A DNA stretch of 64,000 nt from Balanoglossus misakiensis (taxonomy: Eukaryota; Animalia; Hemichordata): positions 16,685,903 through 16,749,902 of the forward strand of contig CM082577.2 of assembly GCA_040954595.2 (NCBI GenBank), in the 5' to 3' direction. The notes under the pieces were generated by a model. The model was not told the DNA's origin. It searched no databases and was given only the letters and a program-made list of their open reading frames with translations. The translations under genes were made by a program, and so were the position numbers. Positions 1-14,277 of the stretch are shown here, in pieces (position 1 is the stretch's first letter; every line of letters begins with the position of its first letter).

Positions 1-16
1 TAAAACTGAACCTCAA

Positions 17-964
17 GAGTCAATCTGAGATCAACAATGCAGTTTATCTTATCAAAGGACGTTGTTAAGATTTGGTCTCTTTTGACAAGGATGAAATTTG
101 TTGACCGATCTTCACTGACTTTGCTTTCATTTTCAACATCCATATTTTGGCCAGTGACCACTTTTTTGGTAGTAGCGCAGAACTTCTACTGGATCACCAT
201 TATGTCTACTGAAATTGACAGTATCCTCAACAATTGCACCAATTATGCTTGAAGAATTCCGTGGGAGACATACTTCTTGCTAATTGGAACAAGGTAACAA
301 AGGGAAAAATAAAGTGAGATGTAAACATATTATATATGAACATTCCTAAATATTAAAGCATCACAATTACCCATGATACACCATCACTACAGATTATTTA
401 TCTGAACTCATAATACATCATTCTACCTGGTACTCCAAGGCCAAAATTTGACATGTGTTTCTGGTAAATATACTGACCCAAGAAAGTTTTTGGGGAAATG
501 TTGACATTTTTAACTGAAATAGTCAGAACCATTCCCGTAATTTCCAGGAATAGCCAAGAACACATAACATTTATATTACTGATTCTGCATGTACTGGAAT
601 GTCACTTCATTCACTGTCACTTCATTTTCTGTCACTTCATGTATTACGTGGACAACTAGCTCATCTCTGAAAATACAAGCAAATAAGGTAATGAACAAGT
701 CATTGTCGATGAGACAGTCTCGTAAGGTACTTGGTGAAAGTCAGAATAATGCACACTATATCAGCCATGACATATGGAACAAAGTCCATAACGTTGTTTA
801 CAATTGTCAATCTGACAATAAATTAGGGTGACATAAGGTAACTAAAGGGACATAGTCTCTCTCGCTGCCCCTTTTTCATTAATTATGTTTGATACAAGAC
901 ACCATTTATGTTATTCTACATGTGGATATATAGTGCATCAACATTCAACCACACACAACTTCCA
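17..964 (+). repeat. Duplicated segment A, copy 1 (copy 2 at 3801-4749)
   Basis: Near-identical ~950 bp; ORFs 37..252 and 3821..4036 differ at only 2 residues. Confidence 0.95.
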
Positions 965-1190
965 TCCCACTTGTAGACACGAGAGTTACAAAAACTCACC
1001 AAAATGAATAATCAGTGTTTACCATTTATTCATTTTGGCGAGATTTTTACTCTCATATCCTACAAACGGGATGGAATTTGTGTGTGGTCAAACGTTGATT
1101 CACAATATATCCACTTGTAGAATAACATAAACGGTGTATTGTATCAAACATAATTAATGGAAAGGGGCAGCGAGAGAGAGACTTTGTCAA
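847..1190. mobile_element. Palindromic MITE (half copy at 4632-4749, related right end at ~50955-51140)
   Basis: GGGACATAGTCTCTCTCGCTGCCCCTTT..CATTAATTATGTTTGATACAA is inverted as TTGTATCAAACATAATTAATGGAAAGGGGCAGCGAGAGAGAGACTTTGTC. Confidence 0.75.
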
Positions 1191-1408
1191 TTTAAATGGA
1201 TTGGTGGAAATAGTTCCAGTTGATGACGTAGAACAGGGGTGATATGGATTTTTGATCTGTCCTGGTATACGTCACACAGGTAGTGATATGGGCCAGATCA
1301 TGTGATAAGTATACTTACCCAACAGTATCACCAACTGGTTCTTCAGAACATCTCTCAAAGTGTTCCAGTATCAAATTGTATGGTATGTGTTCACTACAAA
1401 TACGGCAC

Positions 1409-3814
1409 TTTTTCGTAGGCACATTTTCAACATTCTGGGAACAAAATAAATATGGTGACAAATCAATTTCAGAATACATACATGCATGCATAGCATTTGC
1501 TTTATTATACTAATAAACCTGTGACACCAAAATGTTCAGGTCTCTCTCTGTTTTTCATCTTGTCCAGGTTGTGGTTATTTACAGCAAAATGGTGATTTTT
1601 TATTTTATTTTTAGGAGATGTTGTCTGATTTTTTTTAGTTTGATTTCAAACATGCTAACTATAGCAAAGTAGTACATGTATCACAAAAAACCCACTATTA
1701 ACAAGATTGGCGTCAACTAAAACAGCAAACAGCAATGCATATTCATCACTCTTTTCAGATGATTGGGTGTCAAAAATTGTCACCTAATTTGCCCTGGTGC
1801 CATGGCCATGATGGCACCTCCCCTAACAATGACATAACATTCAGCGTTTCATTCATGATGCCATCAAGAGGGGGGGGGGGGTATATCCATTACTTATATC
1901 CCGCCAAACATGCTAATTTTCAGCTGAGATTACCCTTGTCGGCCACCCATTTATTTACACGTATAACCTCTAATTATATAAACTTACCTCTATTAAGTCA
2001 TTGGCTTCGGTAATATTAACCAGAGGGGCTAAATCCAATTCCTGTTGGATTGGTCGTATATACAACTTTACTTGACCACCTTTAATGCTAAGGTAGTCTT
2101 GGGTATATTCAGCTGCGGGACATCTTATAGTCTCTAGTTTTCTGGAACCCCGAGCGGTTCTGCAAATTTCTATGCCTCCATCATTTTCGATTTTGGGGTA
2201 TGCATCGTTCAGAAACTAAATGACTTCGAGTCCATTTACATTTACAGACATGTGTAGCTTCTTCTCCCCAAGCCCGGCTATCGACAATTCCCGCCTCTCC
2301 TGGATAGGAACCCAATCTTGTCCTACTATAGCTAATGCGACCCAAATCTTTTTGCATTTTTATTTCATTATGTTTGCATTTTTATTTCATTATGTTTACA
2401 TTTTTATTTAATTCAGTTTGCATTTTTATTTCTCCCTTAGATTCAGTCTTGCTGAATGATTTTTCGATGAATCTTTTATTTTTCACTGGTGTGAAGGTGT
2501 GGTACATTGTAAACAGTGCAATCCGAATTGTTGGTTTCCCAATCCATGATTCTTCATTCAATTCACTGATAGAATACTTGTACAAATTTGCACATGAGTC
2601 AATCTGAGACAAATTTTTCGTAGGCACATTTTCAACATTCTGGGAACAAAATAAATATGGTGACAAATCAATTTCAGAATACATACATGCATGCATAGCA
2701 TTTGCTTTATTATACTAATAAACCTGTGACACCAAAATGTTCAGGTCTCTCTCTGTTTTTCATCTTGTCCAGGTTGTGGTTATTTACAGCAAAATGGTGA
2801 TTTTTTATTTTATTTTTAGGAGATGTTGTCTGATTTTTTTTAGTTTGATTTCAAACATGCTAACTATAGCAAAGTAGTACATGTATCACAAAAAACCCAC
2901 TATTAACAAGATTGGCGTCAACTAAAACAGCAAACAGCAATGCATATTCATCACTCTTTTCAGATGATTGGGTGTCAAAAATTGTCACCTAATTTGCCCT
3001 GGTGCCATGGCCATGATGGCACCTCCCCTAACAATGACATAACATTCAGCGTTTCATTCATGATGCCATCAAGAGGGGGGGGGGGGTATATCCATTACTT
3101 ATATCCCGCCAAACATGCTAATTTTCAGCTGAGATTACCCTTGTCGGCCACCCATTTATTTACACGTATAACCTCTAATTATATAAACTTACCTCTATTA
3201 AGTCATTGGCTTCGGTAATATTAACCAGAGGGGCTAAATCCAATTCCTGTTGGATTGGTCGTATATACAACTTTACTTGACCACCTTTAATGCTAAGGTA
3301 GTCTTGGGTATATTCAGCTGCGGGACATCTTATAGTCTCTAGTTTTCTGGAACCCCGAGCGGTTCTGCAAATTTCTATGCCTCCATCATTTTCGATTTTG
3401 GGGTATGCATCGTTCAGAAACTAAATGACTTCGAGTCCATTTACATTTACAGACATGTGTAGCTTCTTCTCCCCAAGCCCGGCTATCGACAATTCCCGCC
3501 TCTCCTGGATAGGAACCCAATCTTGTCCTACTATAGCTAATGCGACCCAAATCTTTTTGCATTTTTATTTCATTATGTTTGCATTTTTATTTCATTATGT
3601 TTACATTTTTATTTAATTCAGTTTGCATTTTTATTTCTCCCTTAGATTCAGTCTTGCTGAATGATTTTTCGATGAATCTTTTATTTTTCACTGGTGTGAA
3701 GGTGTGGTACATTGTAAACAGTGCAATCCGAATTGTTGGTTTCCCAATCCATGATTCTTCATTCAATTCACTGATAGAATACTTGTACAAATTTGCACAT
3801 GAGTCAATCTGAGA
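1409..3814 (+). repeat. Tandem duplication B, 1205-bp period (1409-2609 and 2614-3814)
   Basis: ORFs 1735/2940, 2220/3425 and 2335/3540 have identical translations at an offset of 1205. Confidence 0.95.
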
Positions 3815-4749
3815 TCAACAATGCAGTTTATCTCATCAAAGGACGTTGTTAAGATTTGGTCTCTTTTGACAAGGATGAAATTTGTTGACCGATCTTCACT
3901 GACTTCGCTTTCATTTTCAACATCCATATTTTGGCCAGTGACCACTTTTTTGGTAGTAGCGCAGAACTTCTACTGGATCACCATTATGTCTACTGAAATT
4001 GACAGTATCCTCAACAATTGCACCAATTATGCTTGAAGAATTCCGTGGGAGACATACTTCTTGCTAATTGGAACAAGGTAACAAAGGGAAAAATAAAGTG
4101 AGATGTAAACATATTATATATGAACATTCCTAAATATTAAAGCATCACAATTACCCATGATACACCATCACTACAGATTATTTATCTGAACTCATAATAC
4201 ATCATTCTACCTGGTACTCCAAGGCCAAAATTTGACATGTGTTTCTGGTAAATATACTGACCCAAGAAAGTTTTTGGGGAAATGTTGACATTTTTAACTG
4301 AAATAGTCAGAACCATTCCCGTAATTTCCAGGAATAGCCAAGAACACATAACATTTATATTACTGATTCTGCATGTACTGGAATGTCACTTCATTCACTG
4401 TCACTTCATTTTCTGTCACTTCATGTATTACGTGGGCAACTAGCTCATCTCTGAAAATAACAAGCAAATAAGGTAATGAACAAGTCATTGTCGATGAGAC
4501 AGTCCAGTAAGGTACTTGGTGAAAGTCAGAATAATGCACACTATATGAGCCATGACATATGGAACAAAGTCCATAACGTTGTTTACAATTGTCAATCTGA
4601 CAATAAATTAGGGTGACATAAGGTAACTAAAGGGACATAGTCTCTCTCGCTGCCCCTTTTTCATTAATTATGTTTGATACAAGACACCATTTATGTTATT
4701 CTACATGTGGATATATAGTGCATCAACATTCAACCACACACAACTTCCA
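3801..4749 (+). repeat. Duplicated segment A, copy 2
   Basis: Matches 17-964 and stops in the middle of the palindromic MITE. Confidence 0.95.
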
Positions 4750-5789
4750 ACGAGATCGAACGATGGCTTGGCATCAGATAGTGTACATGTACATGACACC
4801 AGTACTTTTCCGAGATCAATATGCAATGCTGGTGATATTGACGACTCTAGTGCGTGGATTGATGTAGAATATGATAGTGATGATTAAACAACAGTTGAGA
4901 CACACCATTTCCAAGGCTGATCAGTGCGAATTCTCGATCCAAATCTCCTGCCAAATTCTCACGTCGAGACAGTTTATTATTCCTAATATTTGAATCATTC
5001 ACCTTTTGAAACTTTTTATTGTATTTTGTTCTGTTCATTCACTCTTTTATTCAGAGCTTTGTAAATTAATGCTATACCGTCAAGCAGAATTAAAAGTTTT
5101 ATTGTTAAAACATATACAATTTCCTGTTATTAATATCTCATAGGAAATAAACTGTCATTATGCCATCGTCAGACTGCGGTATGAAAATCGAAGGGTCAGT
5201 AATGAGTTCACCAACAATTATTGGCTACCACCGTCTTTATTTACACCTAATATTTACATTCACGAGTTGACACAACAGAGAGTAACAACTATCAAACTGA
5301 CACATAGTGTGTGTGTTTTGCGTTTCTGTCTAAAACACTTCAGATATTTTTTTTTTTTTGGGGGGGGGGGATGTCTGAATTTTAACTTCCAAAACGCTCC
5401 CCAAGCACCACGAGATAAATAGTTTGAACATGTTCAAAATGCTAAAAATTTGATACCAAGGATATGCCTTTCAGTCAACGCAAAATAAACATGAGCTTTT
5501 GTGCATCTTGATTATGGGCACACGGAAACAGATTAAGACCAATAACACAGCATAACAATGCAATCAATTTGTCTACAATCACACAGAAATAAACGATATG
5601 CAATGAATGACTTGTATCTGTTGATAGTGGTTGTCCATGGTTACTGCAAACGTCAACGTTTACATTAAAGTTGACTGCCTATGTAGCTTAAGGTTTTCTT
5701 GGTTCATCCACTTATAAAACACTTCCATGTTGATATTTTCGAATGGGTTTCTCGCAAATTGTGTAAAACATCTATACTTTCGTCCATGC

Positions 5790-8700
5790 ACTTTGCTGAA
5801 TACATCTTCCTTTAACAGTTCTTGAACAATTATAGATTAATCCCTTTCCGATGAGACGCTCACATGTTTATTGCCTGGTCTCAGAACATTCAGTGACCTA
5901 TCGAACACTAATTCAAGTGTAGATACTGCTGGTAGAGCCATTGAGGCAACTTTAGCCGAACTTTCTGCGACGTTTGCTACCATACTTCGCAAAATAAACT
6001 TAAGATATTCCAAGGCCAGATCCAGTGGAATATTGCACCCGTCTCCTCCTGCAAGTAAAACATGTAAATTATTTCATCACTATATTAATGCACACATTTT
6101 ATATCATGTATACAGTAGAAAGTGGACTCTTTCTATCTCTATGGTTTTTTATGTTTTAAATTGAATGATTTCCTGGTATAATTGAGGATATAGACTTAAG
6201 TATTTTAGTAAACATTAACCCAGTAAACTGCAGTATCGTGAAGTTTCAAAACAATTAGGATTCTTATATTTCAGCTCAGTAGTAAGTGTTGGTTTTGCCA
6301 CTGATTGTTGCTAGTCATTTCGTCTGCCATTTCACTTGTAAAACGAAGCGAATAAAACATTACCTTTCGAATTAAAGAAGCGATTGTGTACCAGTGAGTG
6401 TGCCATTTTCTCCGATAGGAGTGCCTTAATTTGAGTTATCAAGTTGAAGGCTTCGATGACATACTTGTGGTGTCCATTGGCTCTATAAAATAACATCAAG
6501 TACTTCCAATCTCTGATGACTCTTTCGCCATCCCCTTCTTTATCTGCATCGATGAATTCGCCAATGAAGAGGCCACTATGAAGAATACTACAGTGGTAAT
6601 TGTGTATGTGGTCATCAGCCTCCTCATCACCTACGGCGCTTGTTGGTTTTGGTGGTGGAGGCAAGACATACTTCTGAACATATTTCATCATAATGATATC
6701 AATGAAATTCGCCTTGTCTTCCTCAGTAGGGTTTTCCAAATCAACGCCGATTTCATTGCTGGGTTTGTCGGTCGTACTGGACATGCCAGAAAAATGCAAT
6801 GCTGCAGCAGTGACATGGGCATTTGTCACAGTTTGAACAAAATCTTCGATGGCATTTACATCTTTCTTGGGGTTCATCGGTAGATTTGACCTGCCGATTA
6901 TATTTCTTAAACGGACCAACGAACATTTGTCGGTGACAGACCGACTGTCGAAGTGTCGCTCCATAAACACCTGCAAATTAATAATAAGTCTCATTCAACA
7001 CCGTGAAATTCACTTGAATTCCGAACCAATGGGACAATAAATTATGGTGAAAGTTTTCTCTATGCTTCAAACTCCTTTGAGTACTGGGTGGAAATGGGGA
7101 AAAAATATAATACATGGTAATAGAAATACATCATTTACATTAAACACAGCGTATTACGCGGTTGCTTTCTCCTGTCTATGTCTTTTAAATAGAGTAAAAA
7201 TAATTTTAATAATTATTCAATGATAAATAAAATTTGCCAGGATATTAGAATTAGTCGTCAGAAATATTGTTTACTTCAACGTAACTAGAACGACAGACAC
7301 TGAGGAACTGAAACTTGACAAAAGTAAGACTAAATATGTGTTGATGGTGAAAATAAAAAGTGCGTTCACGGACTAACCTGGTAAAAACACATTTTGGCAT
7401 GCCAGTCTTCAATCTTGGGAATGCACTATACAAGTTTTTCATCTCCGTTCTCAGCACCAACACTCCGAAGTAGTTTGGCTCCATACGCACGTTCTCTGGT
7501 AAGCTGGTCCCCGCCGATGAAAAAACTGTGATTGTCATCTTCAGTTGTGTTGGCTTTGGCTCTCCACTCTCTTCTCCACTGGCAAATATTATCCAAGATA
7601 TCCAGCATATCACTGTGCTTAGCAGAATTCTTAAAGAGTACCTCCAACATAACCCGCTCACTCTTTCGTCGCATTTCGGAGGAGTGATCATGGCTACTTT
7701 GTTTGGGGAATGCTGATAAGATATTCTGGAAACAGGGGATTCGTTCCTGTATTGTGCGGCAACAAAGAATGGCGATATTTCTAGCAAGAGAGATGTGGTC
7801 ATCTTCTGATGGTAGCCAGTTGTTCTCCACTCTCTTATGTCGCATTGTGGACTTTGATCTGATAGATTACTGGTCTGCACTCGATCAAGCACCGCTTGCG
7901 AATTAAACCAGTGGTAGTCAATGTTCTGTCGCTCCTTTCTCATTCTTCGGACTTTCCTTAAACCATCGACGTTGTCACCAATGATACTGAAGTTTTCCTT
8001 CTGTTACATCCACCCAATTATATCTTTGGTGTTATCCTTTCCCAGTTGTCTGAGATATATGTGAGCCGTTGGGATCGAAGAACAGACATTGACTTTGTTC
8101 AATCGCCGGAAAGTCTGCAATTAAAAATTGTTGGTGATTGATATTAATCATACGATATTCGATTCATTAAGTTACACATTTTAAAACACTGTTATGGCTT
8201 TAAATTTACGTATTGCGTTAAAGATAAGTGTAACTTTTGAAAATTGTTCTTGAAAAATCATATATCCAGTAATGTTATTGTAGATACCATTTTTAATCTG
8301 GACTGGAAATCAATTGTCAAATAGCTAGGCTCGAAAATGTGCAATGGTTATTTCTCTTACCATGGCATCGACTCGTCCAAGGGACAATAACATAGGCCTA
8401 GACATGACGATCTGGAAAGTTGACATTTGTTCATTTCTCTCCTTCATGAGAACTGCCATTGCCACCACTGGAATGTCAGCTCGAGATTTTGAGCGGCGAG
8501 TGACGGATCTACTAAGGCTGCATTCACAAACACCTCTGGAGGGGGGGGGGGGGCGGGAGAATTCAATTTTTTACCGTTAATTTTCACATGCCCCCCTCAA
8601 CAACCCGAAATATTTTCAAATCCCCCCTTCCGAACTGCTAAAATTTTCAAATCCCCCCCCCATTTTCTTTCACAGAGCAAAACACATCACCTATCTATCT

Positions 8701-10260
8701 TGTAAAAAAGAAAAACAGCGCTCCCATGAAAAGAATTTGAAACTGATGTTTCCCCTCATCAGTGGGTATTAAAACTGAACATTGTTTTTATTTGTTAAGC
8801 ATCTGTATTCTGTGTTGGGAGACATTGTAAACCAAGAATTGAAGGGGGTGGGTTTGGGAGCGGGTGTCCCCCTCCCACGTAAGAAAATTTTATAAAATAC
8901 AGAGCTCAAAGCTGCATTTTAATGAACCTGGCAAAAGCAAATTAACTCAACTACCGGTATGTTGGGGAGGACAAATTTAACCGCCGCCGCTCAAAGTTAT
9001 CATGGGGTGGGGGCAAGTCCCCTGACCTGGGACACTAGATAAACCAGTCAATGTTTGAAAGGTGTTGATAAATGGAGGGGGTGGGTGTGGGAGGGGGTGT
9101 CCCCCTCCCACATTAGAACATTTTGTAAAATAAAGGGCGCGAAACTGCATTTTTGTGGACTCAAAATAAATATTTAGTCGTCAAAGTTTTCAAGTCCCCC
9201 CCTTTCAGTCCCTAAATTATTTCAAATCCCCCCTTACATACCCTCAATTTTTTCAAATCCCCCCTCAATTCTCCTGCCCCCCCCCCCCTCCAGAGGTGTT
9301 TGTGAATGCAGCCTAATACCGGCAATTTCTCTGATGACAGATGATGTAACTGGCATGAAATCCTCAATTTCTTGTGGCGCGGAGGCCCATTTGAAGCTGA
9401 CGATCTTCTCAGCCGTTTTGGTGCGTAGAGCAGTATTGTTTGCTGGAAGGCAATAGGTTGCAACTTCCTGTCTTACCACCGAACCTAATTTTTGGCCCAG
9501 AGCTTTGCGCATTTCCGTGTTTTCCGTTATTACATTGACCACATCGACAGGGGATTGTGACCCATGTATTTTCTGAGCAAGTGTGATCATTGTGTGTTGC
9601 ATTTCCGTGTTTTCTTCTCGGCTTTGGTTTTGGCTTTGCCACACCCTCATAGCTGGAAATTGACAGTGCTTGACATAAATTGGTGAAAACTGAAAGGTGT
9701 TTCTTTACAGTAAAACAATGCCCATTGTTCTGTTTTCATACTTACCGGAGAACGTGTCTGTGTTACCGCCGGGAGAATTTTTCGTTGACGAGCAGTTGTT
9801 GTGTCATTAAACAGCCTCACAGCACTCGACGATTTAGACATGTTCATCGATGGGGAGTTGAATAACTTCCTGGGCCGTTTACTTTTTTGCGGTGTAGTTT
9901 TTGTGGGCGAATTCCCCCCTTCGATGGGATCGGGTAACAAACGTTTCGATCGATCACCATTGCGAGCGAATTCCCCAGCAGCAAATCGGGCGTCCATTTC
10001 GTCTGCCTTCCTCCAAGCGCTTATCGCCAGGTCATGGCATTTACGGCAGATTGGATTGTCCGATGGAGAAGCATTGCGGGCCACCAAGTTTGGTAAAAAC
10101 CCGTCGAATCTTGCCATATAAATCGCTTTCTTGAGATCGTATCGACATCAACTGGTACAATTTTGTGCCATATTCAGCACAAACGATGAAGAGTCTATTG
10201 AGATTCGTCACTGGTTTCGTAGGGGTTCGTGCCTGCATCATTGGCACTGCAAGCTGTATT
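5790..10260 (-). pseudogene. DUF6589-type (Academ/AcademH-like) DDE transposase, intron-containing, frameshifted
   Basis: Motifs IIGDNVD..VRRMRK, GGDQLT.ER, DADKEGDGER, HHKYVIEAF, NRFFN, NIPLDLALEYL, and an N-terminal AVLMKERNEQMSTFQ segment. Confidence 0.65.
8516..9313. mobile_element. PIF/Harbinger-type MITE inserted in a transposase exon
   Basis: TIR GGCTGCATTCACAAACACCTCTGGAGGGGG at both ends with TAA TSD (8513-8515, 9314-9316). Removing it restores the frame IAGI-SRSVTRR. Confidence 0.9.
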
Positions 10261-10635
10261 GAATGCAGCCTTCGTTCTACTCACAGTGTTATTTTTATTC
10301 GTCGTGTTCATGTACTTTCTGATTTCTTATCTAGTAAGGGAAGTTACTACGGGTATCATTTAAGGGGCTCGAAACACTGATAAGAACTCCAATATAATTA
10401 GCCAGAGTAAACTGAGATTTTTATGCTGCAGTCGGCATCTGGTTACATTTGCAATGATCATTATAACTGATTACATAGCTCTGTATCAACATGTACCACA
10501 GGGGGCATCCTGCTTCAAAACTGACACTGTGTAAAATCTCTTTACAAATGTAACTCAGGAAAACACACACGTACAGGGAACAACGTATACTCATGTAAAA
10601 ATTCATGAATTTTGATGGTTTTTTTTCTAACTATC

Positions 10636-11640
10636 TTAAATAACCAGATAATTTGTATGTCTGTAAAACTCAATGGTATCAAACGCAGTTATTGTCGATG
10701 CTGCTTCGTAAACTGCCACGGGAACACTTGCATGTAAGATCTGTCTGTAAAAATCTGTCTTCAGCTTGTTAAAACATTCCTCAATGGGATTAAGTTCAGG
10801 CGAGTATGTCGGAAGAAACACCAGTTCAATGCCAATATCTTCCAACCAATTTGACAGAAGACGTTGGCCATCATGTCGATGTATTGGAGCATTATCGAAG
10901 ACAACCGTTGTCCCCCCGGTGATAATGCTGGTATACCATCATTGAAAGCTTCAGCAGCGTCTACGAAGAATCTCAAATACTCGTTGGTATTGCATGGTCC
11001 TCTGATTACATCACAGTGTTTGACACCATCGCAGCCAATCAATACACTTACTGAATGATTTTCTCACGTCACGTACCTTCCCATGGCCAATTCAACACAT
11101 GGTAGACCACGGAGTGAATGTCCGTATGTTGACTGTCCAGTGTTCACTTTAACACCGCATTCAACCATAAACTTGACCGTGTGGACGTCTTTGTTTGCCA
11201 TATGCTCCAAATAGGCCTCGGTATATCTGACATTATCAGGAGTATATTTCGCTTGTGGCAAAACAGACATTTTCTTGTATGTCCAAGGGCCGCGCGACAA
11301 TCTTGTACGAACTGTTCGTGAAACTGTGCATTTGCTCACATCTTTTTTGGCGTATTGTCGAAGCGCGTCCTGAATTTCTTCTAACTTTATCGATGGTCTT
11401 ACCGCCTACAGTCCTTCAACAAGGTCAATGCCTGGTTGGTCAAGTATCCGGGCCGGCTATCCCAAAATTTCCGGACAGTTTAGTCACACTTGTTTGTGTG
11501 GTCTACTGGGCTGGTTGGACAATCTCGCTCCACTGTCTATGCTTGGTTCTGGTAGTGCTGCCGCTTGTAGCTACACCCGAATCTACATTTTCCATAAAAA
11601 CCCAATCAAAGTTTACATCACTGTAAAAATAGTGTCACAT
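10636..11640 (-). pseudogene. Tc1/mariner-IS630 (DDE_3) transposase, frameshifted
   Basis: ELVFLPTYSPELNPIEECFNKLK motif, KFM(V)ECG first-Asp region, HTH-like N-terminus. TIRs not resolved. Confidence 0.8.
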
Positions 11641-12106
11641 GTCTTTATTTATCAATGACATGATTTTTTTTTGACAAGGGAGAGAAACGCCTTGTGTTGT
11701 GTTGTTGTGTTTTGTGGTGTGTTGTTGAGGTGACGTGTCTCCATTGGACAATTTACTAATTTATTTACGAGTATAAAGAGAAAAGATTACATGCAAGTTC
11801 TTTCATAGTCACGCCAAAATGAGTGAACATGGTAAATTGGTAGGTAAGCTTATACTCCCACCTTCTTCGGCGACAACTTTTTTTCGAAGCTGCACGTGCC
11901 CTTTAGCGTAGCGCAGCCAGCGGTGGGATTGGGGCAGGGAACCAGACTACAACTTGGAATGCACTGTTCACGTTTGTCAGAAATTGCCCATTTGGCGCCA
12001 CTACTTTTCAGCAAGTCAAATATTGAGTTTCGAATGGTGGAGGAGAACGATTCCATCACTTTTGTAAGAAGCTTTAACAAAATTCATCCTCGCCTGATGT
12101 GACTAA

Positions 12107-13019
12107 GGGACCGTTCAGTTTTACGGCCGGGGGGGGGGGGGGCGGCAAAATCCAGGGGGGGGGGGGTCACTTAAAATTTGAAGTCCAAAAGGGGGGGGGG
12201 GGTCATCTGTTTTTTTAAACGTTTAGGGGGGGGTCACATACTTTTGCCACCGAACTTTTACTTTTGAGTCCACAAAATTGAGTTTCGCATCTTCTATGTA
12301 CTAGAAGTGTTATAAATGATGTCATGACGAAGATGACGCCAAATCTTCTAACTTTGAGTGGTGTGGCAAAAAGTAAAATTGGTCCTCCCAAACATTGAGA
12401 TAATTTGCTTTTGAGTTCATAAAAATGCAACTTTGAGCTACATATTTTACAAAATTTTCTTATGTCGGAGGGGGACACCCCCTCCCACACCCACCCCCTC
12501 CATTCTTCGCCACATATCATTTAGTCGCTGGTTTGTCTAGTGTACCAGAGCAGACTTCTTCCCACCCCACCCCCGATGCTTACTTTGAGTGGAGTGCCAA
12601 AATTAAAATTTGTCCTTCCTTTGAGCACCGTATTTTACAAACATTTTCACGCCCACCCCCGCCACTTTTCTTTTTTTACCAATTGTAGCAACTATTGTAT
12701 TGACTTGTCATTTTATTTTGTGAATTCATAGATTTCTTTATTGCAACGATATACTATTATATTCTTCAATTACTTTAAGAAATTTATAATTGAGGTGTGA
12801 GGAGCCTCATTCCCTTTATTGGATACAGTGTACTTAGGATCAGGACGGCGAATGTTTTCGGCGTGGGGGGGGGGGGGTCATCATATTTTTGGGTCTGTCA
12901 AAGGGGGGGGGTCATCATTTTTTGGTGCTTAGTGAAGGGGGGGGGGTCGGCCTGATTTTGGAAACCGATGACTCAAACTTGCCGCCCCCCGACCCCCGCG
13001 GTAAAAACTGAACGGTCCC
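12107..13019 (+). mobile_element. Harbinger-type MITE family 2, copy 1
   Basis: TIR GGGACCGTTCAGTTTT(T)AC, TAA TSD at 12104-12106 and 13020-13022. Confidence 0.9.
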
Positions 13020-13437
13020 TAACGTTCCCAACACCTCTTCTTGAAATTCACTTTTTAAATTTATTGATTAAAGAAAATTCTGGATACATGCCTCATCCAA
13101 TCTGAGAAATGAAACACTTTACATTACAGAAATCATTAAAATACTTGTTTTAAATAACATTCATACGTTCTCATTATCACCTGTTATGTTTGTTGTACTT
13201 GGGTCTCGGTGGATATTTGAGCAAAAATGTTCTGTTTTCTAAAGGCAATATAAAACTCAGTCTTTTGTACAGAGTTTAGAATTTTTTTAATAGCCCCCCC
13301 CCCCTAAAAGACTGATTTTTTTGGTGGACACCCCAAATTTTCATGCAAAAATCTATGCCTCTCCCCCCTCCCCCGCCTGCAAATCCACCACCCCCTGGAA
13401 GTATTTCTGAACAATCCTTTAGCCGACAGTGGCCTAA

Positions 13438-14277
13438 GGGACCGTTCAGTTTTTACGGCAGGGGGGGGGGCGGCAAGTTTGTGTCATCGGTTTTCAAAAT
13501 CAGGCTGACCCCCCCTTCACCCAGGACAAAAAAATGATGACCCCCCCTTTGACAGACCCAAAAATATGATGACCCCCCCCCCCACATGCCGAAAACATTC
13601 GCCGTCCTGATCCTATGTACACTGTATGCAATAAAAGGGAATGAGGCTCCTCACACCTCAATTATAAATTTCTTAAAGTATTATTGAAGTATATAATTGT
13701 ATATCGTAAATAAATCTATGAACAAATTAAAATGTCAAGTCAATATAATAGTTGCTAGAATTGGTAAAACAAGAAAAGTGGCGGGGGTCTTCATGAACTG
13801 CTTCAAGTGCAGAGGCAAGGAATCTCCCGCCAATGCTTTCTTGACACGAGGTTCATCCAGAAATAGGTCACCCCCTCCCACATAAGAAAATTTTGTAAAA
13901 TACGGTGCTCAAAGTTGCATTTTAATGAACTCAAAAGCAAATTAACTCAATGTTTAGGGAGGACAAACTTTAATTTTGCCACTCCACTCAAAGTAAGTAT
14001 CGGGGTGGGGTGGCAAGAAGTCTGCCCTGGTACACAAGACAAACCAGCAAAAAATGAAATGTGGCGGAGAATGTAGGAGGTAAAATAAAAGGCGCGAAAC
14101 TGCAATTTTGTGGACTCAAAAGCAAAAGTTTGGTGGCAAAAGTATGTGACCCCCCCCCCTAAACGTTTAAAAAAACCAGATGACCCCCCCCCCCCCTTTT
14201 GGACTTCAAAATTTAAGTGACCCCCCCCCCCCTGGATTTTGCCGGCCCCCCACCGGCCGTAAAAACTGAACGGTCCC
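13438..14277 (-). mobile_element. Harbinger-type MITE family 2, copy 2 (opposite orientation)
   Basis: Same TIR, TAA TSD at 13435-13437 and 14278-14280; internal sequence is the reverse complement of copy 1. Confidence 0.9.

Larger units (their letters stand above)
1..2340 (-). pseudogene. G2E3-like HECT E3 ubiquitin ligase gene fragment (exons ~2020-2340, ~1297-1440, ~1-280), runs off the window start
   Basis: Manual minus-strand translation gives LSIAGLGEKKL...YPKIENDGGIEICR...KLYIRPIQQELDL (one internal TAG), then a CRIC..H..C finger exon, then TNFILVKRDQILTTSFDKINCIVDLRLTLEVQF, which resembles the start of a HECT N-lobe. Contains stops. Confidence 0.6.

Noticed and set aside
11903-11949. 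Possible Academ-type terminus (TAGTCTGGTTCC on minus) for the 5.8-10.3 kb transposase
   Set aside because: No matching opposite terminus or TSD found in the window.
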